DNA of 64,000 nt from Fimbriosthenelais zetlandica. Its lineage: Eukaryota. Location of the stretch: the NCBI GenBank assembly GCA_977030845.1, contig OZ365110.1:20212001-20276000 (forward strand), in the 5' to 3' direction. Numbering within the stretch: the first letter of the stretch is position 1; every line of letters begins with the position of its first letter. This document shows positions 1-14,399 of this stretch, in pieces. Under the pieces are notes generated by a model. That model was not told where the DNA came from and did not search any database. It saw nothing but the letters and a program-made list of their open reading frames with translations. The position numbers were made by a program, and so were the translations under genes.

Positions 1-1324
1 GCTTTATTTGATGGCTTTGTGTGTGGTGTTTTGTCTTGTGGCCAACTTAATTATCTGCCTTCTTTGTTCTTAGTCACTTGTCGATATGTATCTCATACAT
101 TACCTGTTCCTAAGATCCATAATATTATGTGAACATAATATATACCTAAACTGATAAGCTAACGTCTATATTCTATTCTGCTATAATTATAACTAGTGTA
201 CACTGTAAGTAAATCGTTTATTTTTTAATGTGTAGGCTTGATGTATTGATGATTTAATGCATGCCTAGTAATATATATCAATGGAAGTGGGATCAATATA
301 TTATATTCCTTCCTTGAATCTCTGTTTTAGTTATGGTAAAAATCTCTTATGAAAAAGTGTTTCTTTCTGCATTTTATTTTTGCCTGTGGAGTAAGATAAA
401 TACAAATATTAATGGGTATCAGTAATGTCTATAACCTTTTGCTATGTTAAATTTGTAATATCAAAGCCACCAAACATTAGGAAAAACTGATGTTTAATGT
501 CGTTAAAATGTTTAAAGTGTGTTCTAAAGCAATCCTTTTTTCTTTTATTTTTGCCTTTATTTTGGACTTCCATTTCTCTCTAGTTCGATGACGGTTTGAT
601 CTAAATGTAACTCAGAAAACTTAGTGCATTAGAATTAAAGTTAGGATGGCCATTTCAAGAGATTGTTAATAGTTCATAGGAATGTATTAAGTGCAGGTTT
701 CCGTTCAGGTCGTGCATATATAATGAAAGAGAGTGAAGTACTTAAAGTCACAGATCCTCCAAGTGGAGAAAAGGCCTCTTTTGTGTTTTTAGAAGAGAGT
801 GAATTTCACGTTCAAGAGAAAAATCGCCTTTAGATTCATCCATCCGTGATATTCTGCAGAGATTTTCTTAGATCTTTTCACCTTGATGGTTGGGGGAAAA
901 TGGATGGTTCTCTCATTTTGTTATAACTAACAGAAATTTTTAACGTGAGATGCATACAGGTGTATAGGCTGTATTGCCATCAAACTTCCTCCTTTGATTG
1001 GTTAAAAAGCCAACCTGTGCACACTTCTACTTTGTTCTCGTCATCCAAACCGTGGAACATTTCAAGCAGCTTTAAATCCGACCAAAGAGCTTTCATCTAA
1101 AGACTTGCCGCTTCCATACAGTGCAGCCTTTTCGCTGGAATCTAATTGAGAGAAGCAAGACTTTTGACAGACTATCAGACGTTCCTCAGACGTTCCTTTC
1201 ATCATCCTGAGAAGTCTTGTGTTAATTACACAACACAGTCATTCGTGCAATCTTCATAAAATATTTCTAGGATATTAAGAATTGAAAGTTGTACAATAGT
1301 TAAAGTTAATTAATTGCGTTTGAT

Positions 1325-1500
1325 GAGGGACAACATAATCTTTTTCTTGCTTCTATAACTGAGCACTGGGAAGGAGGGAAGGATAGAGGATGGATGTGGG
1401 TAAGGAAAGGGAAGTGGAAGAGGAGACATAGAGGAAATAGAAGAAATGGTGAGGAGCAGAAAGAACAAGAAAGGAATACTATTTTATTTTGACTCTTCCA
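1325..1500 (-). mobile_element. purine-rich segment, probable LTR-retroelement LTR relic
   Basis: Strongly GA-rich + strand tract resembling those at 52000-52300 and 54240-54620. Composition only; no boundaries or TSD found. Confidence 0.25.
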
Positions 1501-2566
1501 AAAAGACCACACCTTTCATACACCTGTCAGCTCAAACATAAAGTGTGTCCATTTTTAATTCTGCTCTCTGAGGTTATCAAAATAGACAGGTGCACAGAGT
1601 GCAGCTACTTATTCTTTGCTACTAAGATTAATGTCTCAGCAGTAGCCGGGCTCATATTATAACGAGGAGGAAACAAACTGACAGCTAAACCACCTGCTAT
1701 TCTTTAGTGGCAGCAATGGCTCATTTACTGCCTCTCACCATGGACAATGTGAGACATGGCTGCCTTTATAACCCAGTTGTCAGCGCTAGGGCCACAAGCA
1801 CATGGTATATTTTCGACGCTGCTGTCAGAGTCAAAATACATATCATGGTTCCGAATGAAAACTGCGCACTAACTTTTAGAAAATACATCAGGTAGAATAC
1901 ACAACTCCTAACTACAATGTTCCCTTGTTACACAATTGCAAAAGTGCCATCTCATCAATATTTCTATTTTAGTAGAGCACTGCGTGAGCTTGTGCTCCCC
2001 ACCCTTTGAAACTGATCTTCTGAACACTTGCTAGCTGTATGACAATTTGAAAAAAGTTTTACAATCCCAGGTGATTCATACTTTTATGAATTGACATAAC
2101 ATCAAGCTGAGACTGCCGTGATTATTCTTTTCGTCGGTTTATCAAATAATTATTCTTTATGACTCGGTGATATTTATTTATTAATTTCATGCATTTCTGT
2201 ATTATGCAGATCAATTAACTCTTGAAATATAGAAACATGTTTTTGTATGTTTCTTTATTTACCCTTTGTCTGTGGGAAAAGGTCAACATTCACATGTCAT
2301 TGACCCTTTTAATTAGGTCTTAAAATGAATCTTGGATTGGTAATTGTTAAATTATTATTAGTTCTGAATATCCTTCTCATTTATACCTAAAGTGTAATCA
2401 TCTTTAAGAAAGTAGGTACTAAAAATAATAGTGACTGTCATGATTAGATTTGCAAATAGTTTTATAAAGAACGAGCATCAATCGATTTTTTTCATTCTTG
2501 TTTTAATAGCATATCATTGTATATGGTACTTTTTATGATAGTAATATATCATTTCTTTTTTTCCAG

Positions 2567-2604
2567 GCGTAGCGGGAAGTCAGTCCTTATAGGAGAAACA
2601 ATTG
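2567..2604 (+). CDS. candidate 38-nt internal coding exon of an unidentified host gene (RSGKSVLIGETI)
   Basis: Acceptor atttctttttttccAG ending 2566 and donor GTAAGC at 2605. Only one of three frames is stop-free (phase 2 in, phase 1 out). Sits in an AT-rich, TE-poor island. Confidence 0.5.
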
Positions 2605-3229
2605 GTAAGCTCACATACCATCACTTCCACTTTAATTGTCTCTTGTTATAAAACAACTGGACTTGAATAAATCAGTCAACTCTGATTATGGGAAACTTTA
2701 CAAGCTTGCCTCCACCGGAGCTTGTAAACTAATTTGAAACATGAAATATCTACGATGCTTTGGTGCATCAACAAGGCCCACGGCTGAAATTAATTTTGAC
2801 ATCAGATTAAAAACGACAGTCCTCCTGAGAGACAGAAGAATTTTAAATTTTCCTAGCCGCAAACCGAGACTCAAGAGGTTTGTTGGTATGCAAAGTCTGC
2901 GAAAATGTCACAAGGAGAACTTTTTGTTTTGGAATTTTAATTATTGATACTGTAATAATGAATTCTTCTTAAGCGGTGACCATGATGAGGCTTTGTCTTC
3001 TAAAATTCAGCTTCATCCAGTTAATTTGCAGCAAGTCACTCACAGACTCTCTGGGGAATAATTTTCTCAAATAACAAATTACTGGTATTGTAAAAAGAAA
3101 TCAATTGTTTTAATTTACTCCTTTAAATTGCCATATCAGTTGGTGGGGAATCATTTGTTGAGGATTTGAAATAAATCTCATTAACCTACTTTGGTGGCTT
3201 CAAACAGTGGCGAGACCTTAATCAAAAGA

Positions 3230-3612
3230 ACCTTTTTGATTAATATGCACTAAAAAATCTGTTTTGTTCAGATGAATGAAGGCAAACGTCGCAGATGGGA
3301 CATAATCTTGTTACGAGATTCTGTAAAATTCTACATAAAAGTATAGGATTCAGATCAGCACCTTTTTAAAAAAAAATCTTTGCCAAGATTAGTTGCGCAA
3401 TTTTCTATAATAATGATCATGACCCTTATTGATTGTAAGCTGACATGTCCCTTATGTTCCCATGGACCATTGAGTGCTCCATTTGACCTATAACTTATAA
3501 GCTCGTCTAATGTTTTGGGGTGGTGGGAAAGGTACATTGAATACCCCCTCAGACTAACATGATAATTCTCATAATTCTGATAAATGATAATATTCCGAAA
3601 GACACGTGGCAA
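3230..3612 (-). mobile_element. decayed Tc1/IS630-like transposase fragment
   Basis: Minus-strand GALNGP... followed, after a frameshift, by ADLNPILLCRIL, resembling the Tc1 SPDLNPIENLWxIL motif. Confidence 0.3.
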
Positions 3613-4607
3613 TAATCCATGCTATTTTTATCCCGTTAAGTATCAATATCCCACCAGTAGATCTAAAAAGCTGGGATCGTTAAAAGATGTTTCTAGAGTT
3701 TTTACAACTTAATGGTGGAACCCTACTGAGGACAAGGGCTGGCTGCTGGGGGTAACAATGGACTGGTAGCTGCAGTTGGAATGGTTATATTGCATGATGA
3801 TAACCCTGTGGATAATCTATGAATTATTCATCAGCTGTTTTAACATGCCACAATGGACAGATTTTCAGTGGAACAACAAACATGCATTAGAAATGCAATT
3901 TTGAAAGGTCATCTGCATTTGAATACATTCCAAGCAGACACCTGAGAGAAATATAATTATTATACCTAAATATACTCTGAAGAGGCAAAAGTCATTTAAT
4001 TAGCATATTTCTCGTCTGAAGTGGCTCACAGAATCAAAAGATATACATGTATGCAGAAATATAAATTTGAACTAGTGAAAAACTTTCTAATCACCACAAA
4101 GGAAATGGTAATTATTACTATGCAGCCCTTCAATGTCTTAATGAGTTGTGAATGATTCAGTGAAATAGACACCTATCCCAGTTAATCCACCTACAATTTA
4201 ATTACTCTCATTAATCAATAGTTAATATAGCACGAAATTATAAAACATATCTCATAAAGGAGTAATTGAATATGAAAGGTCTGTTGACAGCTTCCTAATC
4301 AGAAAATTATGTAACCCAAACCAGTGTGCCTAATATAGTAAAATAGACTATAATAGACTATTTCTGAATTCCACATATTGGCGAATGATTGTTAAGTATA
4401 GACCTAAAGGTTATTAATATAACGCATCTTTTTACTGAAACAAAGCATTTATTTTAAGGGTTTGCCTTCCTTGGAATCATAAGTCACGACCTCCCATGCA
4501 ATATCTGAGGATATATTCCTGATTTTATTACTCCATTATATTAGCCATAATCCCTCTTCCACGTGACTGCTTTCCTTAAAGCGGAACGAATACATTGACC
4601 ACACTAT

Positions 4608-4755
4608 AAGGGGGGCTGTGGTATAAACTCGTACCCTATTTTGATGAGCAGCTCCATATCCCTGGCCCGAGCTGGGGCCCATCCAGCTATATTGGGGTCA
4701 ACCCACCCCAGATATTGATAAACATTGCCGGTTCAATAGCCTGATTATAGGCACA
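4608..4755 (+). mobile_element. possible polypurine tract plus start of a 3' LTR
   Basis: AAGGGGGGC at 4608-4616 immediately followed by TGTGG at 4617. No partner LTR found. Confidence 0.2.
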
Positions 4756-6103
4756 ATGAACACTGATGGAAGGGATGAAATTTTTCCAATTACCAAGACT
4801 AGCGCTATAGATCCTTAATTATGGTGCCCTTTCGTGCACCAGCGCCGTATACAAGCTCACATCCACCCGGACAGGGTAATATTGAAGTAATCCAATAACA
4901 ATCTATCAACAGGGCAAGGTGCTTTAAAGGGAATGTCTGCAGGTAGACCCGTAAGATATTGAGTTCCTTGAAACCATCCCAGGTGGCGTGAATGTTTCTT
5001 TGGACATCAAAGCTTAGCCTCACAATAATATTTTCATCTGAGTATAGACGTTCAACGGAGAATCTTTTTTTTTAAATCACCCAAGTTAAATAAAAGTCAT
5101 TTTCGTTCAAAGATGACTTAAGTATAGACCTCCCTTTTACTCTAAAGGACGACCTAACCATAGACTTGCACTTTAAAAAGACTCAAGTGGCAGCCATGCA
5201 CCGTGACCTTTGTTTTACTTGAACTGAAGGCCGGAATTCCTTTCAGTGCTGTGTAAGGACTTAACCTTAACTGTCCCCTTTCCTCTTTGGGCTTTGCTCA
5301 TATTTTGGTGGGTCCTTCCACATGGGCCACAGAGGCCGCTCCGCCGAGCCTAGATTGAGTGTAGAAAGAAGAGGTAGCCATATTACAAGGGTTAAATCCA
5401 GTGCAAGCCAACCTATGTTTTCCGCTGGTTTTGGGGCCTGGCCAGCAGGGAAGCTAAATGTCACACTCACAGCTCTCCCCTCTGGAGTAGTAGTTCGTTC
5501 CACCTCCATTTTCCCCCTCCAGCTTTTAGTAGCTTACCAGGGTACCAGGATAATCACTTCTGTTATAACCCAATCTGGAGTACGCAGGAACGAAGCAACT
5601 ACCTAATCCAAAGCTTTCTATTGGTGGACTTCCAAGCAAAGTGATCAATCGCTCATTCATCCATTGCCCTGCCCTGAGTTATCTATTCATGGTTGTCGGC
5701 GTTATTTTGAAGGTAAATATCAGTGTTAGGCTATATTCTTGCTAGAACTGACAAAACAATATCATGTCTGTGTTGGGAATGCAGTGTAGGTAAGCAACCT
5801 GTGAATTCATAACCTATAGATCTAGAGAATCATCCCAGTGCTATGCTTTCAATTTGTAAAACTGTATATTTATAAATAGATCTCTTGATCTTATTAAACC
5901 TAATTAATACCTAGCCTTTATTTGTACCTCATTACCTAATTACCTAATTAATACCTAGGTTTGATAATTGAACCAATCTAAACATAATTAAAAGCAAAGT
6001 GAATTTAATTCAATGAATCTTCATTGCCTGCTACATTGTATTGTCTCAGGTTCATTATGAATATTTGAGTAAAATTAATGTGCACGGAATTTACAAATTC
6101 TAG

Positions 6104-6134
6104 GAAGTGCAATTGATTTTATTCTATGTATTAG
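6104..6134 (+). CDS. weak candidate 31-nt exon (alternative splice path)
   Basis: ttctAG acceptor with a poor pyrimidine tract, strong TAG|GTAAGG donor at 6135. Phase 1-to-2 reading is (G)SAIDFILCI. AT-rich island. Confidence 0.2.
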
Positions 6135-6429
6135 GTAAGGCGGAATCCGGCCTCTATGTGCAGCCATTCGTAGAACCAAGCTTTTTTTAAATTTTTTCTT
6201 CCACGAACTTCCTTATGGATGATGCATAAGCATGAAGACATAAATGTGCGTGGGTGGATTGTAGGTGGGTGGGTGGTGATAAAAAAATCTAAAGCATTCA
6301 TAATTCACAAATTTCCACTTCATGAGACCCTCTCCCCAGCCCGATTATCATCTTCTAACTTCAGTTTTGTAACTGACAATAATCCTGGACTGAAAGATAA
6401 AATCATAGCAATGTACTTACACTAAAAAT

Positions 6430-7330
6430 CCTTGTATTTTGGCTACGCTTTCAAAAATAGATTCATGCCATTTAATAATGGAGATGTTGCAGGACTTGCA
6501 AGTGCATTATACCGACTCATTCCCACCAATTAACTCTAGTGTGATCCTAAGGGGTCATGTTATACTAAGCTAGCATGTTTCCCTGCATATGATTGCATTG
6601 TGTGGGAACAGAGTATTTTAGCTTTAGTGGTGGAGAATGGGAGCAAATGGGGTCGGAATAAAGAGGTCTTTCCATTTACTCTTCCCACAAGCAGAGATCT
6701 ACATATTGCATGAATTCTCCTAGTATGATTGAACTGGTAGGTTTCGGGTGATAGGGGTTGTGTGCATGGGGTCTTATCGGTTATTGAGAGTGGAAATAGG
6801 GTTAGGGAGTGGGGTAGGGAGATTAGGGGTGGAGCTGAACGGGTAAAGACAAAAGATCGATAGACTACCTTCAGAAATAGACGATTGTAGACATGTTAGC
6901 TACAACTAGGGACCAAGAGTGTTTGCCAGAAAGAATAGCTGGAAAAACAGGGAGAAAATTTTAAACAGAAAAACAACTGAATGAAGAGGGCATACACCTG
7001 AAATGCTGATATAGTATAGGACGAAGAGTGCTAAAAATTGAACAGATTTAAAGTGAAAAGGGACAGAGCAGAGGAAGATTAATGATTTGCCAATGCATCG
7101 GGTATGGCTGGATTCATGGAGATAGGGGCATTTAGATCCATTGATGAGATCTAATGTTGGGATTAGGGAACTTTGGATTTCTGCCTGGTTGGAGCAGGTT
7201 GAAAATCATTCAGCTAGCTAACCCAGACATTGCTAGCATGTGGGAAATCAGGGTAGGCTGGTGCACAGGCACGCAAGCTCAACCCTGGCTCTAGAGAAGG
7301 GTAATAGAGCATTGCTAAACTAGCCTACCT
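6430..7330 (-). mobile_element. Ty3/Gypsy gag-protease relic
   Basis: Minus strand gives a Cys/His knuckle-like stretch (KCPYLHESSHTRC, near 7100-7140), a Pro-rich linker, and LV*HDP near 6560-6580 resembling the post-protease WLxxHxP motif. Confidence 0.4.
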
Positions 7331-8039
7331 GATCCAAATAAACGGAAAAAAAGAAAATCAATAAATAAGTGAATGCATGAATGGATCTCACAGCGAGTGT
7401 TCGGGCTTCCAGTGTATCCATTATAGCTACTATAGCTATAAGCAATATGCTACAAGCCCCCTTCAAGATAAAATGTGCTGCATTATAAGCACATAGATAT
7501 AATGTTGGCTGATGCATGAAGCACAACCTGATTTTTTTGATTTGTTTCGTACGAAAGATATAAAATAATATATCCTGGTTGGACTAATTTTCTTTTGATG
7601 GATGATAAGTTGGGATGTATTGGGTTTATAATAGGACAAGTGTTAAATAGAAACTGGCCTTGGGAAGGTGGAAAACATTTGATCGTGTAGCTACAGTATA
7701 TGGACCTGAAAGCGGTGAAGGTTAGTTCATTTGGCAAAAAGGCAAGATTTTCAGGAAAAAGGTCAAAGGTTCAAGAGCTGGCCTTTCAAGGAGTCTTCTG
7801 CAGACCCCCATTTTACCACTATATACTCCGCTTTTTGTGTGAGGTATATGTAAGCCGAGGCCCAAATAATGTACATCACAAATACATTAATATGAAAATT
7901 AGACAAATCTGAAAATATTATTAAGTGTGGGAAGAACACTAATCAAAGATGACATACCAAGATAATAAGTTCTGGTATGCTGTTCTCTATGGACCCTAGC
8001 AATGGCAACCTTGTAAGCGTTCAGTGACAGGGGTGTGTA

Positions 8040-9692
8040 TCATAATAAACATCTGCTACAGCAACATTATGAAACATGCCCCAGCATCATATGGGGGGAA
8101 GGCTGAGGTCATTCCCCCATTCTCCGCCCGAGCAACATGACCCATATTCCAAGATCACCACCACCAATCCTTTCCCGAATGCACAATATATCAGCCGGGC
8201 TGGTATATATTATGTACCCATTGCTTCCAGGTCCCTGATCATGACCCAAACCGTCACATCCCATACCCAACATATATACCACGAGTAAGACAGCGCGCCA
8301 AGCTATAAATAGAATCTTTGTGACCTAAAAATAGCCTCAGCGGGGGCGCAAATCGTTTGAGCTACTCCTATATACTAGTATTCCTGGGAGGCAGGGCAAC
8401 AAGCATCGATATGGGTACATGGATTGTTACCCTTTTCATCGCTGCATATGAGTCCCGCACGAGTGGCTGTTTGTGCCACGAGCATTAGCCGTGATAGGCT
8501 AGCCTGTCGGAGGCTGAGTGGGGAGCTATAGGGAGGCAGTGGAGGGAAGTGCAGTGGGGGTGGGTGGAATTCAGCGGGCACGATCGAGGACATGGATAGG
8601 CAGTCGTAGTAGTACTAGTGTGGGAACGATCGAAGTCAAAACTCCCCATTGGTGGGCAAGTGAGTGAGTGCAGGCTGACTACCGCGCCTCTGGAAGGTGG
8701 AGAGAAAAGAAGAGGGAGGGAGAAGAGGTAGTGGAGGAGGAGGAGGGGGGAAGAAGCCAAGCCAGTGTAAAGGTACTACCAGCAGAAGGTTGGGTACAGT
8801 TGTATGGACTCAGACCAAAAGCAGGCAAGCTCCCAACACCACAATAACAACACTGGGGCTTCCAGGCACCTATAAACTAGACTGAAAAGGAGTATTATTA
8901 CAAGGAATATTAATAGTATACGTTGACCAATTCATCCCAATTGCGGACACATATGGATTTGTTACCTAATCTATCATTTTACAGAAAGGTGAGTTGATAC
9001 TAACGTCATCCTTTGTGTTTGTGGGTTAAGGAAACAGCCAGGGAAAGAACATATCCCTGGAGGAATCAAGCATGGGGTGGTGTCTGTGAATGGGTATAGG
9101 AATTCCATTAGATAGGGATCGTGGCCGCGCCCTAGCCTTATTTGCCACCGACCTGCCTATCGCCTGGGAACCTCAACAGGAGGAGGACGCGTGTACAGGG
9201 AAGGGCGGGGATCCACGTTGACCGAGACCCAGATCTGTTTTGGTGATAGTATAGTACACATATCATTCATTCCTATATTCTAACCCCTCTATCACTGAGT
9301 CAGATCAGTGGGTCATGGGTGGCATGGGGTGACTGGGTTGGGTAATACTTGGTCCATATGAAGCAGCTTTAACTGAATGCAATTCGCATTTGCAGGGCTG
9401 CATTTGTACTGGGATGATTGTCTGATATTTGTATAGTTTTATTGAGGTAGGGAGATCAAAGGAATATGAATAGTCAGTCATAAAGACTACATATGACAGA
9501 CGGGATTTCTATGTAATATTGAAGATATAGGTGGCGAGTGAGCGGGAGGTGTGTAATGGAAAATAGTGCCAGAACCCATATCACCCCAAGATCCATTTAG
9601 AAAGCATCAGGGATCGAGAAAAAGCGCCCCGGCACGAGCTGAGGCGTAATTGTTGGTGCAATGTTGTCTGGACAGCTGGGGCCTGTTTCACA
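8040..9692 (-). mobile_element. Ty3/Gypsy 5' part relic (LTR end, gag zinc knuckle, aspartic protease)
   Basis: Minus strand: RAGLICSDEKGNNPC (ORF 8375-8593) resembles a gag CCHC knuckle. VTVWVMIRDLEAMGT*YI at 8205-8257 resembles VxxLIDSGAxxNYI. Putative terminus TGTGAAACAGGCCCC at 9692-9678. Confidence 0.6.
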
Positions 9693-9741
9693 ACTCCCAC
9701 AACAAGGATGTGCTCTATTAGTATTCGTTAAGCCTTTGGGC

Positions 9742-10023
9742 TTATGTAGGCCTATAGGCTAGAGAACCTCTACTCTTTGAAACGACCCCTATAGCTATAG
9801 TGGTCGCATTGGAGACAGGGAGGTGAGTGAGCGAATGTAAAATACATGGCTTGAACGCTTGCCATATTTTCCACAGTGTGTCATACCAAATCATTGTGTT
9901 TTCGACCACAGAAAACTGAGGATATAGTAGAAGGTATAAAGAGAAAGGATAAATAGTCCATGACTGGTGCCCCCTGCCCTTTTGATAAGTGATGAGACAA
10001 CTACAATAATTCATGGGTTGCAA
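9742..10023 (-). mobile_element. Ty3/Gypsy integrase core fragment
   Basis: YPQFSVVENTMIW...LPVSNATTIAIGVVS parallels HPQTDGxTERxN...LPxAEFAxNxSxxxSTGxSP. Confidence 0.45.
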
Positions 10024-11981
10024 GTCTATAATTAGGATACACCCATGGAATGTTAATTAATATCACATTTTTATGAAAATATATTTCTCTTGCCAAGATG
10101 TGTTGACTATATGTACTCAAGGAGGCGCCCTTTAATTTAATTCAATCCGGCTTCACCCCAAGGTCCTCCGATAATTGGCTACCAGGGGACAAAAGAAATG
10201 GGGAAAAACAGAAGAAGGGGAAAAGGGAAATGTACCTACCAAGGTCCCACGTGTGTTATGTGTAGATATTTACACATGGCCGACTGAGCATTGTGGCGCC
10301 CTTCCATTACTGATACACTGCCTGAACTCTTGGCCCTATTTGTGAACCAATCCAAAACAGCACGCCCTGGTGGGGGTGTGTGTATTAACATAAATACCTC
10401 ATGGACACATGCTTTGGAATTTAAATCCTGTCAGCAGAGGGAAAGGAAAAGAAGTGACAAGCAGGAAAATTGAATAAATATTAGGCCGACATAGAGAGTG
10501 GCTGACTAAGTGTGTTCCAGATTGGTATATGGTGAGTCAATGCCTTTTTTCAGTAAAAAGGTTAGGAGGAAATTCCTACCCTATACCTCTGGTGTCCCGT
10601 GACCGTTTGCCCTCAAATTATTTTTTTTCTGACAAAAAAATGCTATTCGGGAAAGAGTTGGAGAACTATATGGGCCATGAATCATAGCTGATGTCATTGT
10701 AAAAAGTTTAAATTTGGGTGCTGTTCATAATTTTTGCCATTGCTTTGAAAGAACTTGTAGCACAGTTGACATGGATACCTTCCAAATAGAATGAAATTTT
10801 TAAAGTAAAGTCCCAGATTCTAAAAATAAACGTCCAGCCGGCCGTCTCAGTGTGACCCTTCTAAAGAAGTAAATCTAGTGGATGCAACCTTGCATGTCAA
10901 GTAAATGTTGTTTATGGCTGGCTGGATGGAATCTTAAGGTAATATGTTCTATTTTTAGCATTGCTAAAAAGTGACCTATTTTTATAATGCATATTATTTG
11001 AACATAATTATTATGGGAATCTTTATGATTAAGTATTCCATGCAGGTGATTCATCTTTGTAATATATTAATGATTTAACTGAACCGTATCTTTACCGTGT
11101 ACATTTGTGTTTTATTTCCTCGTATATATTGCACCAACCCAGTAATTATTATCCTTTCAAAGCGGTATCTGTCCGGGAGATCCCACAGGAGAGGCATGTT
11201 AATACATGTATTCTAGCTTCTTTTATGTCAATGCACCCCATAAAACATCCTGTAAACTTCTCTTATAATAATGCCAATCTGCTGCATCATGCGGATAAAT
11301 ATGGTTATTATACAAATGCCCCACCTGCAATAAATCGGCATCTGATGATTTTTAATCCATATTTTTATTAGTATCGAATAAATATAGTAGAAAATCGAGA
11401 CGTATGGATGGACCAAACACTCATATCGCTAATATTATAATTTAATTGTTATCTTCTGCTCTTGGATGGATTTTTAAACCAGTTTCATAGTTATATCCAT
11501 GATGTTATAAAAGTCCTTTGAGATTCCTGTTCGTTCGTCTTCCCCGAAGAAATATCCTGCATAAAACACATAATCTTACACAGTGCGTTTGTCTCCTTCC
11601 CGATCAGAAAAATTCTGCTCGAAGCTAGAAAAATCCTGGCCAACCAATCTTCTGTTGGCTTGCAAAGTGGGACAAGTCTCTGTTCTAATATGCTGAGACC
11701 TAAGCCCTAACACATGTCAAATCCATCCATACTAGGTTGTTATAAGGTGTGCTACATCCTATGGAGGAGCTGCCCGAGGGGACATACAGCCTACCTCATC
11801 AATGTGACTGTGCAGTCTCCTCTTGAAAATGTTCCCTATATACATTGCAGTGTTCAGCATAAAAGTATGTATATAATACTAGAAGGGCCATATAAAGATT
11901 CTTCATAGAAAGAACGTTCACTTTAAACTAAGTTCCAACGTCACTATTCCGTAACCATATATATTCTCTTTTATGTTTTAG

Positions 11982-12050
11982 TATTCAAGATCCAAATTCC
12001 TTTCCTGAACCGTCGGCTAATGCATTGTTTCATTGTACAACCATATGCAC
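11982..12050 (+). CDS. candidate 69-nt exon, frame ambiguous
   Basis: Acceptor ttctcttttatgttttAG ending 11981 and donor GTAAGC at 12051. Two frames are open: IQDPNSFPEPSANALFHCTTIC and FKIQIPFLNRRLMHCFIVQPYA. Confidence 0.3.
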
Positions 12051-14399
12051 GTAAGCAAATGATTTTATTTTCTAGTCTAAAGATATTCTTGCCTACAATA
12101 TTTGGATGATTGAGTTAATGCGTACACGTTTCAGTTGTCACCGTTTGAAATCTTGATGGGAAAAAAAGACTGGGAATCTTGTCAGTAAATTCCAGGTTTC
12201 TGTGCTTATGTTCATTTGGTTGAATGTCAGGATAGGAAGCAGGCCTCGTTCTGATGCTATTGGTGTCAGAATTTTATAAACACAGAATTATGAATGATTT
12301 ACCATCGGGCCACAACATAGCCATTATTATAGTATTAAACAGTACATGACCAATACTGCAACCCGCAGATTAGATTGTTTAATATTGAATGAAATATAGG
12401 GGTTTTATTGTAGATTTGTATTCAATCTAGGACACAGGTTGCTGAATTAATAGGTTCGCATTAGAATGATTTGTCGTATAGCATTGAACGTTAATAATGT
12501 TAAGATTATGATAGAGATGCTCATCCAGTAGCCTAATCCAACCTGTTTTCCCCGTTACGTCACTCGGAGTTGCTTCATAAACGCTGAGGCAGACCCTTGA
12601 ATATTGTATATTCCTCAGTTATATATTTTGCTCCTGATTTATCTGACACAGAATTTGTTCTATTGTCCAGTTAATCCATAAAAACCTCTAGATTAATGTT
12701 ACAGTGGACCATAAAAGCCTAGAGAAAAGGACTCTTCGATATTAGAGAGATGATCCTCACCTCAAAATGGCTCCCTGATTTCCAATTTATATAAATGCAT
12801 GCTTCGCTCTTTGCTGTCTGTACTATAGCCGGCAATGAAAATTGCTAGAGATCATGAGATAGGATCATGAGGCTCCCTTTCTCGCTTACTTGTACATTGT
12901 AGCCTGTCGACTATTAATAACTCAATCATCATAATTACAACATATCATCCATTCTAAACAATTTAATTGTGGCAAAAACACCAATTACTGAATAGGCTAC
13001 TGGTATTATCGCCCTGGTTACTTATGGTATATCAATCACACATATCAATATTACCAAACAAGATAATATTATAAGTGTTCCATTTAGCATTATTCAACAT
13101 GTGCACCTGCAACAAACTAAAAAAAGGGCATTGGGCAGCTGATGAATGGTCGATCAAGTGGTCCGTTTCAGCCTCCCATCCTAAGTGAAACATCTTGACC
13201 CATTTAGCCCAGGGAGCGTTCCTTATTAGGAATGTCAGGTTAAATGTACATTGGTCATTAAATGAATAGACTCTATACTATCTGTACGTGATATCTGTAC
13301 AGACATGCTTTACATTAATGCACTTATATAAAATATGCAGGTATACTTAGAAAATAGCATGTGCGACTAGGCCTTTTTAGGTCTATACCGGTTGCACTAT
13401 AGATGAGGATTACTCGGCATGAAATTCCGTTGAAGCCAGTTGGCTGAGGGCCCATGTCGAGCCTTTCTGTATTCTCTCCATGGACTATCAAGCGGAGGGT
13501 GGGTGCCAGTCGTCAGTTATTCTCAGTTGGACAGAGCTATATTTAGCTCCACTACGTTCTGCTATTCAGCTTTCATGAAGTATTAATTAATAATATATTG
13601 GGGAATAATGTATTAGAGCGACAAAATAATCTTCTTTCCCATCAGCTATATGTGAATATCTCTTTTGGAATATGTAATTTTGTGAGACTGTTCATCATTA
13701 AAATTAATCATGACTTACAAATTACTTATAGAAATCATATTTTAGTTGTAATTAAGCTTCTACTGTTTTCATTTTATGCAGTGAAATTTTATGAGATATT
13801 ATCCATTGGAGTTAAAGGTACTTTTTAATCTTATTAATATAAATCGATACGTTTATTGAGTTGCATTTTCTGCTCTTTGAGATTAATTTCATGATTAAAA
13901 TCATTTTAATGCCAATTACTGAACTGCTGTTAAGCTGAAATACAAATATATTGCCATTGAATCGATTGCAATAGCTATCTTAAAGGCCCCAGTAAGATTG
14001 GATAGCCATTTGGCCATTGCCTTAAGCTTTCATATTTCAAGATGGCGCTGATGTCTTGCGGCGATTGTGCCTTTAATAAAGTCCGATTAAAGTCCTGTAT
14101 ATCTCGCATCCGTCTCCATCTACTACAAAATCAATTACAAAATAACACTGCTTAGCACTTTGAATGCAATATAGCCGTGGATATAATCCCTTCAGGAGGG
14201 AATTGTGAGTAAATATACAGACATGAATGGTACTTTAAGTAAATCCCATAATGGGACGTGTAGATCTTTTGTTTTAAGCTCAGAGTAGTTTTGCCCATAG
14301 ATAAGTCTAAAATATTAAGAAAGAATTGAGATTATATTCTTCTATGAGTTCCCATTGTTACCTTATTACGTGGTTGTGGTACATCTCGTCTGAATGGCC

